Of a DNA stretch of 64,000 nt, positions 1-10,200 are shown piece by piece (the first letter of the stretch is position 1; each line of letters begins with the position of its first letter). The stretch is from the NCBI GenBank assembly GCA_963722075.1, contig CAVRJM010000001.1, forward strand, positions 128,001 to 192,000, read 5' to 3'. The notes beneath the pieces were generated by a model. It saw only the letters and a program-made list of their open reading frames with translations. It did not search any database and was not told the origin of the DNA. Origin of the DNA: Candidatus Babeliales bacterium (lineage in GTDB: Bacteria > Babelota > Babeliae > Babelales > JANWKD01). A program made the position numbers and the translations under genes.

Positions 1-124
1 GATAATTACTAAAAAGGGCGGCAACCATATGGGGATTTAGGGGTATATGTAAATTTGGTGAGGACATTTCCATTGCATTAGTAGTTATATAAGTGAGCAA
101 TATAAAGAGCATCAAAAAAATCAT
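1..124 (-). CDS. Partial secreted hypothetical protein (runs off the window start)
   Basis: Manual translation MIFLMLFILLTYITTNAMEMSSPNL...; AAGGA RBS upstream; signal peptide followed by the AME motif. Confidence 0.65.
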   Translation of the reverse strand, partial: MIFLMLFILLTYITTNAMEMSSPNLHIPLNPHMVAALFSNY

Positions 125-275
125 AAACTACATCCTTTTATGCAATACCTTCATGATTTATCTTTTAGAATAATATAGAACAAGAAAGAAAACAATTTAA
201 ACTTGCTAAAAAAAATGAAGAGATTTACTCTGTAAGCGTAAATTATATTTTTTAATAATATATAAAGGGCATATC

Positions 276-845
276 ATGAAAAAATTTTTCTATTTGTTAT
301 TATTATTGGCAATGCCTGTTAATTTGATTAATGCAAATGCTGAAATCATTTATAGCAAGGCTAAAAGCAAAGTAATTAAAAAAACATTTAAAAAACATAC
401 CAATGATAATGTGATTGCTACAGCACCTCAATGGGGATCTATTAAAAAAATATCTGATAATGATCGCGAAATATTAATTACCCATATGAAAATTTCAAAA
501 GCGGATCTTGAAAATGAATTTATACAGTCAGCATTCGCTACCAGTGCAAGAATGGAAGTTACCAAATATGATGAGTTACGTTGCGCAGAAACTTGGACCC
601 GACCAGCATTTATAGACGCAAAAAAAATAGCGCAAGAATCCAAAACGTTTAAAGAGTATATTCTTAAGAATATTGTAAATAGTGTTTTATTTTTGAATGG
701 TGATTTTGAGCGCAATTTAGAATTTGAAAATAGTATTGGTACGGTACTTGATAGTGAAAGCTCAATTACCGTGAGCAGAATGGAATGTTCTGATACTGAT
801 TTTATTGTTGAAATTAAAACTAATTATCTGTTTTCAAATAAATAA
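276..845 (+). CDS. Secreted hypothetical protein
   Basis: 189-aa ORF with Sec-type signal MKKFFYLLLLLAMPVNLINANA. Confidence 0.75.
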   Translation: MKKFFYLLLLLAMPVNLINANAEIIYSKAKSKVIKKTFKKHTNDNVIATAPQWGSIKKISDNDREILITHMKISKADLENEFIQSAFATSARMEVTKYDELRCAETWTRPAFIDAKKIAQESKTFKEYILKNIVNSVLFLNGDFERNLEFENSIGTVLDSESSITVSRMECSDTDFIVEIKTNYLFSNK

Positions 846-1156
846 GGATGATATTAGAAAATTCATCCCCGTCACCTTTTTTAGTGCAACTACTAGAAAT
901 TGTATCGCTTAAGCATGATGGAAGCTTAGCATCGATCGTAGAAGTAACGCAGCAAGAATGGGTTCATAAAATCAGGCCTCCCGGAATAGAACGGTGGCAA
1001 GTTAATCCCAATATCATCGAATTCTTTGAGCAAAAAAGGGCTTTTGTATTACCATTATTAAGCGGAAGATGATTTTATTGCATTGTATTTTGATACGATT
1101 GGAAGGTTATTGTATCAAGCATATAGATCAAAAATAAAAGTATCTGTTTAATTTTC

Positions 1157-1185
1157 TTGACAACACAAAAATGCATTGTTAGGAT
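1157..1185 (+). promoter_or_regulatory. Sigma70-type promoter
   Basis: TTGACA-N17-TAGGAT with extended -10 TG. Confidence 0.6.
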
Positions 1186-1254
1186 TTCGATAATTCAAAT
1201 AAGAAATTATAATGTCCCTAAATGAATAATACATCTGTATTATTCACCCCCTAA

Positions 1255-1290
1255 CCCTTCAGCTTACTTAAGTTGGAGGGAATTTTTTTT
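1255..1290 (+). terminator. Intrinsic terminator
   Basis: Stem cccttcagctta/taagttggaggg followed by a T-run; also lies at the 3' end of the convergent minus-strand operon. Confidence 0.65.
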
Positions 1291-1299
1291 GTAGTTTTT

Positions 1300-1569
1300 T
1301 TACATGAATGAAGAGACTTGGATAGTGCGAATTTGACCTTCTTCAGTTTCCATAATGATAAGGTCATTACCAATTTCTTTGATGTTCCATTTGGCAAGCG
1401 TATCGGCGGCATTCTGGGGCTGTTCTTTTTTGATTTCTTCTTTTGGTTTTTCGACAGCAAATTCAAATGGATTTCTTACTTTATTTGAAGCAGCTGATAA
1501 GGTGAGCACACAGATAAATAAACTGATATTGCGCTTACAAAGTTCGGATAAATTCATAAAGAAATTCAT
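1300..1569 (-). CDS. PilP-like small pilus/secretion assembly protein
   Basis: RNPF motif plus short beta C-terminus; coupled to a PilO-like gene. Confidence 0.45.
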   Translation of the reverse strand: MNFFMNLSELCKRNISLFICVLTLSAASNKVRNPFEFAVEKPKEEIKKEQPQNAADTLAKWNIKEIGNDLIIMETEEGQIRTIQVSSFM

Positions 1570-2144
1570 AAGGGCTCCTTAATATCAGTTATGCTAAACA
1601 GCAAAGAAAGGGTGAGATTGTTACTATTACTACTTAAGGTGACTTTTTTTATATGGGTAAGGTTATGTTCATGTAAGGCTGAAAAAAAAGAAAGAATCTG
1701 ATTAAAATCTCCGGTGTAATCAGTGTGAAATAGATGGGAGGTATACCATTTTTTTTGAATGGTCTCTAAGGGAGTATGATTGAGAATAGTAAGATTATTT
1801 TTTTGTGCCAACTGAAATACAATACGTAATACCTCATGTATTGATTTATGATTTCTTTTATGCCTATTAACATCTTGCTGCAAGGTAGCAATACGCCGTG
1901 CTGATTTTTTACGAAGCTGTTTATTTTTGATCTGTAATGATTTTTTGGTATTTTGTAATTGAGTTAATGCTGTTACTTGTGCTGTATTAGCATGTATATA
2001 TGATTGTACTGTTTGATATACGCATATAAACCATACGATCATGATGAGGCATAAAATTCCCGTGGTAATCCAGTAGTATAACCGTTTGGGTATTTGAAGC
2101 AGCGCATAGGTACATTTATTCAGGCGAAAGAAAAAATCGATCAT
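1566..2144 (-). CDS. PilO/GspM-like inner-membrane assembly protein
   Basis: N-terminal TM, coiled coil, C-terminal YTGDFNQILSFFSAL motif. Confidence 0.6.
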   Translation of the reverse strand: MIDFFFRLNKCTYALLQIPKRLYYWITTGILCLIMIVWFICVYQTVQSYIHANTAQVTALTQLQNTKKSLQIKNKQLRKKSARRIATLQQDVNRHKRNHKSIHEVLRIVFQLAQKNNLTILNHTPLETIQKKWYTSHLFHTDYTGDFNQILSFFSALHEHNLTHIKKVTLSSNSNNLTLSLLFSITDIKEPL

Positions 2145-2167
2145 ATAATTCTTTCACTAAAAAAAAA

Positions 2168-3373
2168 TTAAAAATTAGGCTTTATCCATTGCATAGGATC
2201 TACTGGTATATTATTAATTCTCATCTCCCAATGTAAATGATATCCACTTGCATACCCAGTTTTGCCTAATGTGCCAATAGGATTTCCTCGTTTAATTTTA
2301 TCGCCCACCGCTATGTCAGCAAAATTATCTAAATGATAGAAAAGTGAAAATACTCCGTATCCGTGATCAATAACGATAGTATTACCGCTATGCCCGTATC
2401 TGTTTTTTATGATGACAATACCATCTTGGGTAGCCCATACCACCGATTTAGGGGTATTAAGAACATCTACTGCTTTATGTGCATAGCGTCCTCGTTCTTG
2501 GGTAGTGCGTACGGTACCATATTCAGTTGAAATACTTTTAATATCAATTGGTGGGTAAAAAATTCCCTGCCATAATTTTTCTTGTGGTGAGCGTGGTAGT
2601 AATTCTTCAACATCACGTTCTAATTGAGCAGCGGCTAAACCAGCTTCTTTTTCTTCTTGTGCTTTAGTGGCATCTACATGTAAATTTTGCTTTTTAAATT
2701 GAAATGCAACGATTTGAAATTTAGTTTCAAGAGTCATGGAATTACCTACTTGATCGTTAACTTCTACGGTTAACAAATACTCATTAGGTGTTTCTTCACA
2801 TTCAATAGGGATAAACGCTTCGTAAATAGGTGAATTTTTAGATTCTTGAAATGCCGGATACCGATGCGAAAGGGTAGTTACCCATGCTGATTTTATTTCT
2901 TTATTCACTTGGAATTGAATATGAAGCGTTCTTCCTTGAAACACTTTATATTCTGATTCAGGTCGTATAAACGCTGCTTGTAAGGGCGTGTTATCAACAA
3001 CGAAAGGTATTTCTTTTACTGTTTTTTCTTGTTTATAAGTGCCATTAGTAACTTCTGCTTTAAGGATATGGGATCCGTTTGATAAGGTACGTGTTGAAAT
3101 AAAGAATGGATGTTCACAAGATGTTGAATTGATTTTAAATTTATTAATGAGTAATTTGCCATCAAGCCATACCGAAATATCAGCTACTTTATAATTATCA
3201 TGCGCATTTAAGACACATTGAACATCGTCTGCATAAAAATGATGATCATTAATACCAATTACCAATAATTCAGGTATATGAGTATCAAAAAAATAATGAT
3301 AACTTTTCCAGCCTAAAAAGAAAAAAATAATTAAACCAATTAACGATACAACGTGTAAAATACGAAAATTCAT
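2168..3373 (-). CDS. M23 family metallopeptidase
   Basis: HKAVD, YHL and HLHWE motifs; N-terminal TM and Ig-like region. Confidence 0.9.
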   Translation of the reverse strand: MNFRILHVVSLIGLIIFFFLGWKSYHYFFDTHIPELLVIGINDHHFYADDVQCVLNAHDNYKVADISVWLDGKLLINKFKINSTSCEHPFFISTRTLSNGSHILKAEVTNGTYKQEKTVKEIPFVVDNTPLQAAFIRPESEYKVFQGRTLHIQFQVNKEIKSAWVTTLSHRYPAFQESKNSPIYEAFIPIECEETPNEYLLTVEVNDQVGNSMTLETKFQIVAFQFKKQNLHVDATKAQEEKEAGLAAAQLERDVEELLPRSPQEKLWQGIFYPPIDIKSISTEYGTVRTTQERGRYAHKAVDVLNTPKSVVWATQDGIVIIKNRYGHSGNTIVIDHGYGVFSLFYHLDNFADIAVGDKIKRGNPIGTLGKTGYASGYHLHWEMRINNIPVDPMQWIKPNF

Positions 3374-3517
3374 GTAGTGTTTCCATTCCCCAACAGTAAG
3401 ATATATGAAATTGATTAAAAAATTGACCGTATATTGTATTATAAAATGTTTTGTGACTTTCGTAAAACCGACGTTTTAGTATATTCGCTTCTTACAAAAT
3501 CTGACTTGTTTTTATAA

Positions 3518-3595
3518 CTGGATTCTTACGGCCTAAAGGCCTCAGAATGACAAGGATGCTGAAACGTCATCCTGAGCATGAGCGTAAGGATCCAG
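3518..3595. repeat. Inverted pair of GTCAT...ATCCAG palindromic repeats
   Basis: ctggattcttacg..ctcagaatgac / gtcatcctgagc..gcgtaaggatccag; related to 23709-23811. Confidence 0.8.
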
Positions 3596-3691
3596 GGATT
3601 AATGCATTTTAAAAGTATTGCAATGTAAATGCTTTTGCCAACCAAAGACTAGAGACATATTTATATAATTAATATAAGGAGTTATTAATTA

Positions 3692-3773
3692 ATGGATTCC
3701 CACACTTCGTTCGGAATGACAATCGGACCGATCATCGTCATGGCTAGCTTGCGCGGCCATCCATTAATAAAAT
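3692..3773. repeat. Pair of GTCAT...ATCCATTAAT palindromic repeats
   Basis: Both units match the units at 61440-61520. Confidence 0.75.
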
Positions 3774-3823
3774 GCTGGTCGTTCTTAAAAGTATTGCTTT
3801 CTTAAAAATCGAGTCATTAAACT

Positions 3824-5473
3824 ATGGCTAATTATATTTTAAGGAGTTACAAATTGGTCATATCGCCTTTATCATTTGTTTTTATTATGAGCATTCTTTC
3901 AATGGTAACCATTTCAGGGCAACAAACTATTCCTGGTACCAATAATAAATTAACCTATGATGATTTTTTTACGCGTTACCAACAAGGGCAGATGGTCAAT
4001 GCACATACTAAAAACGATTTGCCTGCAGCATGCAAGCAAGGAGCGGCACCGACTCTAATGAGCTTTATAAAGACGGCTTCCCCGCATGTTAATCATCCAT
4101 CTGGCGGGCAGTTATTTCCTAATGATGGGCAGCTGGGGCAGTTGCTGACGACATTTTTAACAAACCTAGAACAAGATGAAACATCACGAAATTTTACTAT
4201 TTATTTTACCAAGCTGCATTTGCTTATTTTGCATCAGCTTTATATCTACCTAACTAAAATTTATACCGTTTTTAATATGTCTCATATAGATGCAATCCAA
4301 AAGTATTTAACCTTAGATGCCAAACAAGCGCTCAGTAAAAAAACATTAATAATTAATCATTTAATTAATATTATCGAAATGCAATCCAATGGCGCCATTC
4401 GCGCTCGTTTTCCTTCAATACCTAAGCATTTGGCCACCTATACAGGTAATATGTTAATGAAGCAAGATTACGGTGCTCAATTAAGTTTAATGCTTGATAA
4501 ATCTGAAGATTTTTTACTTTCAAGTACCGATCCACAAGTAAAGGAGTTGATAACGCCAACCGTCTCTACCATGCGCGATAGTTATTTAAGTTTATTTGGC
4601 GATTATTTAAGCTTTTTCCATGAATATACCCAAACACTTAATCAAGATGATACGTCGCATGGCTATGTTGGGTTTAATACTTTTGCAAAGCATGCACAGC
4701 GAATTGGCGAGCTACTGAGTGGAACAATTCCTGAAATGAGTACAACAATCACTAGTATACCAGAAAAAGTTGCTTGGTTGCGCTCATTAAAGAAATTAAA
4801 TCCGCCGATGTTTTTTTATGACGCTGAAACAATGCGTGGTCTTAAAATTATTCCCCATATTGCAAAATCATTACCCAAGAATGTACAAAGCATTCCATAC
4901 CCACAAAAACTCGTGGAAGATGCTAAAAAAGGAGTGCATTATCAACCTAAATTTGGTCCGCAAACCGGAATGCTCATTGCATTTTACCAAGGGGATCGCC
5001 TTTTTGTGAACATTCCTACCATGCAATATCCATATACTCAAGAATTAATACCGCAACCAGAATGGCTTAATTCATCCAGTGGGGTGATAAAAATGCTACA
5101 AGCATGCCTGGGAGACTTTTCTGCCTTATTAGATCCTGCTTTGGCAAGTGAGGATATTTTAGATCCTTGTTTACAATGTATTGTGCAAAATGCATCGATA
5201 AAAGCAGGATTAATAGCGGCAACTTCTACCACCTGCAAGATTTGTACCGCCTTTATTGATTCTATTCAAGCCGAGATTACCAATTTACAAGCGAAACATA
5301 TTGTGACTCCAAGTGGTCCTTCGGGTGGTGGTATTTCAACAGGCGGTACTGGAACGGGAGGCGGTGGCATTTCAACAGGCGGAACGAGTGATGGCTCGGG
5401 CGGTCTATCGACCGGCGGTCTTTCAACTAATCCTTCAAATAATCAAACGGGATCTATAGGAACGGGGCAATGA
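3824..5473 (+). CDS. Large hypothetical exported protein with two CxxC motifs and a Gly-rich tail (start uncertain)
   Basis: 549-aa ORF; hydrophobic N-terminus; GGISTGG repeats; ATGA overlap with the next gene. Confidence 0.8.
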   Translation: MANYILRSYKLVISPLSFVFIMSILSMVTISGQQTIPGTNNKLTYDDFFTRYQQGQMVNAHTKNDLPAACKQGAAPTLMSFIKTASPHVNHPSGGQLFPNDGQLGQLLTTFLTNLEQDETSRNFTIYFTKLHLLILHQLYIYLTKIYTVFNMSHIDAIQKYLTLDAKQALSKKTLIINHLINIIEMQSNGAIRARFPSIPKHLATYTGNMLMKQDYGAQLSLMLDKSEDFLLSSTDPQVKELITPTVSTMRDSYLSLFGDYLSFFHEYTQTLNQDDTSHGYVGFNTFAKHAQRIGELLSGTIPEMSTTITSIPEKVAWLRSLKKLNPPMFFYDAETMRGLKIIPHIAKSLPKNVQSIPYPQKLVEDAKKGVHYQPKFGPQTGMLIAFYQGDRLFVNIPTMQYPYTQELIPQPEWLNSSSGVIKMLQACLGDFSALLDPALASEDILDPCLQCIVQNASIKAGLIAATSTTCKICTAFIDSIQAEITNLQAKHIVTPSGPSGGGISTGGTGTGGGGISTGGTSDGSGGLSTGGLSTNPSNNQTGSIGTGQ

Positions 5474-7263
5474 GAATAATAAAAACGATGTTTTTATGTT
5501 ACTTATATTTAAATAATAACTTAGTTTTATCCGTTACTCACGAAATAGAAAAAATTATTGCCAACGTGTACGGCTCGGTGGGTATTAATAGTATGGAGCC
5601 AGAACTACATAAAATTCGAGAAATGCTTATTACCATTTCGCAGGCTACCCATTGTCAATTATTTGAGATTGCACAATTAGTGCGTGAAGATATAGAGCAG
5701 CTATTACAGCATTTAGAAGAAGAAATTAAAGAACAAGATGAACAACACAAAATGGTGGGAACGCATCGATTTTTTAAGAGGTTTTATTACCAAACGCAGC
5801 TTGAACATATATCTGCCTATAGTAACCAGCTTTATAAAAGCTTTCCTTTTTTAGAACAAATCACTTGCATGGTAAAAAAAATAACAAACCCCATTACTTC
5901 ATTATTTCAAAAAGAAGAAGGGAAGCTTTCTTTTCAAGAAATGGGGGCAAATCAGATACTTGATTATATGCAATTTGAACAAGAAATGTTATCGCATTAT
6001 AAAAATTTGCTTACGTTTTTTGCAGCAATTAAAAGAAATCAACTACCCGCAATTATTAATACCTGGTCAACTAGATCGGTGCAACACGCAGCGGCAATGC
6101 GTGTTCGCCATCTAGAGCCTCAGATACAAATGCAGCAATTTGAAGAGATTTTTGCTATTGCATTACAATCCTATATCATGGCGGGTGGCGGCATGTATAC
6201 GCAATGGATTGATGAACAAGATCAACTTGAATATAAAAAACTTTCTGATGAGCAAAATCAAATCCGATCTGATTTTGAACTCTATTTGCATAATATAAAA
6301 ACTGCTCAAGAGACAATTACTAAAAAAATCCTCAATGGGTTTCAACAGGGCATGAAAGATATTGGCGCAGATTATAAAAAAGCTAATAAAGAGCAAGAAG
6401 ATGAACAGGTATATTTATTTAAATCGATCAACCTAGATTACCCTATTGTTCGTGCTTTAAATCTGCCGCCCATTCCTTTTGATCAGATTTTTGCAGCAAG
6501 TATTATGAGTACGCCAGCACGACACCGATGGTATAACATGTATCAATACGGTGACTGGGAATTTGACGCAAAAAGAAATAGCTTTTGGCAAAATGGATTA
6601 GTCTTATTTGGCATTCCATTTTGGCAGGCAACTGATAAAACAGATCAATCACTTATTTCTGATCCTTCACAAAATAGTATCTTTACTGAATACATTAGTA
6701 ATGATGCATCGTATGACATTGTAGTAGAATGTACGCTTGTTAATGCGCAATATCCCTTTTTTGTAGGCCTATTATTTAATAGAGCGCGTTGGATTTCTGC
6801 TGATCCTGAACGAATTTGGCAATATCGATTGGTTGGCTTATACGGTACACAACTAAAACCGGATGACCCAAATACCCGTACCATTAACCTTTGTTTTGCA
6901 CAGCAAATTCTTGCCACTGTCAACAAGCAAGAGAATATTATTTCACCATTGCAGCAAATAACAACGAGCAATAAAAGTTTATTTCAATTGTCCGCTGCTG
7001 ATGCTAAAACGTTAATTAAAGATTCTCTTACATATCGTTTTGAAATTAATGTTGCGCCGACGAACGTTACGATAACGTTACTCAGTAAAGATGGTACTAA
7101 ACTATATAGTAATACACTGAATAATCTTGATCCATATCTTGCAATTTTTAATGGTATTGGATTTATGGCGGCAGGATGTCAGGCTGAATTTAAAATTATT
7201 AAACCAGAACAGCTCGTTTACACGGCAGCTGAATGTAAAGAATTTCTGGAGACACATACATGA
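5470..7263 (+). CDS. Large hypothetical exported protein with coiled coil and C-terminal lectin-like beta-sandwich
   Basis: 597-aa ORF; ATGA overlaps on both sides; C-terminus paralogous to part of 7260-11888. Confidence 0.8.
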   Translation: MRIIKTMFLCYLYLNNNLVLSVTHEIEKIIANVYGSVGINSMEPELHKIREMLITISQATHCQLFEIAQLVREDIEQLLQHLEEEIKEQDEQHKMVGTHRFFKRFYYQTQLEHISAYSNQLYKSFPFLEQITCMVKKITNPITSLFQKEEGKLSFQEMGANQILDYMQFEQEMLSHYKNLLTFFAAIKRNQLPAIINTWSTRSVQHAAAMRVRHLEPQIQMQQFEEIFAIALQSYIMAGGGMYTQWIDEQDQLEYKKLSDEQNQIRSDFELYLHNIKTAQETITKKILNGFQQGMKDIGADYKKANKEQEDEQVYLFKSINLDYPIVRALNLPPIPFDQIFAASIMSTPARHRWYNMYQYGDWEFDAKRNSFWQNGLVLFGIPFWQATDKTDQSLISDPSQNSIFTEYISNDASYDIVVECTLVNAQYPFFVGLLFNRARWISADPERIWQYRLVGLYGTQLKPDDPNTRTINLCFAQQILATVNKQENIISPLQQITTSNKSLFQLSAADAKTLIKDSLTYRFEINVAPTNVTITLLSKDGTKLYSNTLNNLDPYLAIFNGIGFMAAGCQAEFKIIKPEQLVYTAAECKEFLETHT

Positions 7264-10200
7264 AAATAATAACACAGCTTATACTCATCATGGGGTTATT
7301 GATTACACCGCGCGTATGGGCGGCTTCATTTACCGTTGATACTGCTGCTTCTTCTTTTAAATATTTACAATCAGATAGTTGTAGTTTTAACGATGCGAAC
7401 AATGCAGTAACTTGTAAAAGCGCCGGTGTTTTTCAAAATGTAAAAAAGGTTACTGGTGGAACCGCGTCGACTGGGCAGCAGTTAATTGGTTCATTTGTTG
7501 ATGCTACTAATAAAAGATATGATTTATATGCAACAACACCACAACATGTTATCAAACAAACAACCGATTTATTAGCAGCTATAAAGGCGACCGCTGCTGT
7601 TTTATTTAACCCAGTGGATGTGTTATCCTCAACCACCAATGGACCAGTTGTTACTAAACCAAATCCTTATTCAATAGCTTCATTAAATGAAAAAGCTGTT
7701 AATGCTTTGTGTGGGCCACAAGGGCTCAATCTTGATGCAAAATTAATCCAATACTTTAAAAATTTCTATTTTTATCTTGAATATGTGACGCGCTTAGAAT
7801 ATGCCGCACGTATAGCAGCGCTTGCAGCGCATTATAATATTGATATGGCAACGATTCTTGATAAAAAATCATGGCCCGATTTTGTTCAAACAGTTCAAGC
7901 AAAAGCAGGAAGCTGGAATAATTTAGAAAAAGCATTATTCCAACCAACGATCACCCCTAATTACTTAGGGATTATGGGGTATATTCAAGCAACTTCATGG
8001 GATGAATTAACCACATCGCCCTTTTGGGTTAGTTTAAATACTATTACCCAAAGCAGCATTATCAAAAGCAGCTTCTGGCAAAAATATAGTAAATATATGG
8101 TGACTCGTTCTTTTGTACAGGATCAAACGTTATTACTTTCAATTAAAGAAGTTGAAGAGACTATTTTTAAGTATATTCCTAATATCGAAGTTGCGTATTA
8201 CAATCCAGATTTTACTGCATTGCGTAATGCAACTGAAATGTTTCATATAAGTTTACTGCTTACTGATGCACAGCGATTGCGTATTATCCCCTCATGTATC
8301 GATTGGAGCATGCTTAAAGATGCGCAAAATACTGTTGATCTTACTCAAATCTATACGGCATCGCTTGAATTTAAGCAAACACCATTCTATTCAATTGCTG
8401 CAATGGCAGAAGATAATAGCCAAGCAGTATATACAAGCGTAGAACAGAATAAAGTTTCGGTGGATATTAATCTTTTTAAGCAAGAACCATTATTACAAGA
8501 AGAGTTGATCTTATTAAGTATGATCAAGGTGCTGCATGGATTAACTAATTATTTATACGATACTGATCATTTAGAAAAAACAATGGATGTATTAGCAAAT
8601 AAAAATATTATACAGCCCATACCGTCAATTTTTATTTACGCTCCTGAGGATTTTTTATATTTAGAAGATCTTAATTTGCTGCACAACAATTTTAAACAAT
8701 TAGCAACCAATACTACACCCGCTACTACAACTGAACAAAAAAAACAGGTTGTTCAGCATATGATGACGAGCATGTCGCAGCAAAAATCATCATCGACACC
8801 AAAAAATGTAGAAATGCAATTTGGATTTAGTGATTTATGGAACGGCGTGAAGGATAGCGCGGAAAGCACGTGGGATGTGGCTAAATCGGTAGGCCAAGAA
8901 GCAGTGTCTTTTGCAGAAGACGCCGGTAAAAAGGTAGCTAAAGAGGCAGAACAGTTAGGATTTGGAAAAGCGGTAGTAATGTTGGCAGGTATGTCTATAA
9001 AAGATGCACAACATCTATTGGATTCAGCAAAAAAAATTGAAGAATCGGTAGCAAGTGAGATTAAAGACGGTATGAAAACCGCCTCCAACTTTGTAACCGA
9101 TTTGCAAGATGAAGCGGAAAAAGGAATCAAAAAAATGGCTGATGCTATTACGGGTGGTTGTGAAACGGTTACCTTGCATTTTGATTCGGAATTATGCAAA
9201 TCGATTGGCGGTGCTATTCAAAGTGTTGCTGATATCGTGGTTACCGGTATTGCTGGTGATGTCTTAATGTATCTGAAGGCAATTGGTGGTATGATACAAT
9301 TAACGGCTGATGGTATAGATTTAATTGCGACAACGGCCGTTGACGTAGTTTCTGGCAATTGGGGTGCCATAGGAGGGGATTTAAAAAACGGTCTTCTTTC
9401 AATGGCGGCCGATGCAGCGGTGGTAGTATTGGAACCACTCCTTATCCAATTTAAGTATTTTATGCAACAATTAATGAATGCTATTCAATTTTGCCAATAC
9501 TTTATTTCTATTTTAACCCGTATATTTATAGATGCGACTACTGCCGTTGCTTACGCGCTGGGTGCGGAAGTAAGCATGTTTGGCAGCTTATTTGGCGTAA
9601 ATATTAATCCTAGTGACTGGGCAGATACGGTTGATACCGCTTTGAGTGAACATGAACGGTTAATTGGTACCTGTATTACCACTGCCTTATTATTGGCAAC
9701 CGTACCGTTAACCGGTGGCGCATCGATACCGCTCTTAGTGATGACGCTGGGGCCGCAGCTTTTTGCTATTTATGGAAGCTATCAAGATGATCAACTCGCC
9801 ATTGAGCAAAAACAAGAAGAAAAGGAATTTGTGCAAAGTTTTTCAACATATGTACAAAATAATAAAGTGATTGTTGCACAACAACAACAAGATTGGGCAG
9901 CAGAATTACATGATAAATATGAATCTGAGCTTGAAAATCAGGAACGTGGTTTAGGATTTTACGAAAACTTATTAGCGCATAATTTTGAAGCATTAAAAGA
10001 ACAAATGTCAACGGCGTTGGGTTCCTATTGGTCACAATTATTTACTCCCGATTCGCTCAATGAAATTCCAGCGCAAGTCGGGTCACTTTATGGCTTTAAT
10101 ACTAATGTATATGAGCTTAATCCATCTCAAGGATTTTCATTATATAGTGCTGCACGCAATAGTTTTAGCCAAGAAATAGCAGTATATCCAGCAATTGCTG

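Noticed and set aside
848..1072. 74-aa ORF
   Set aside because: Possibly real (AAGG just upstream), but no recognisable motif; insufficient support
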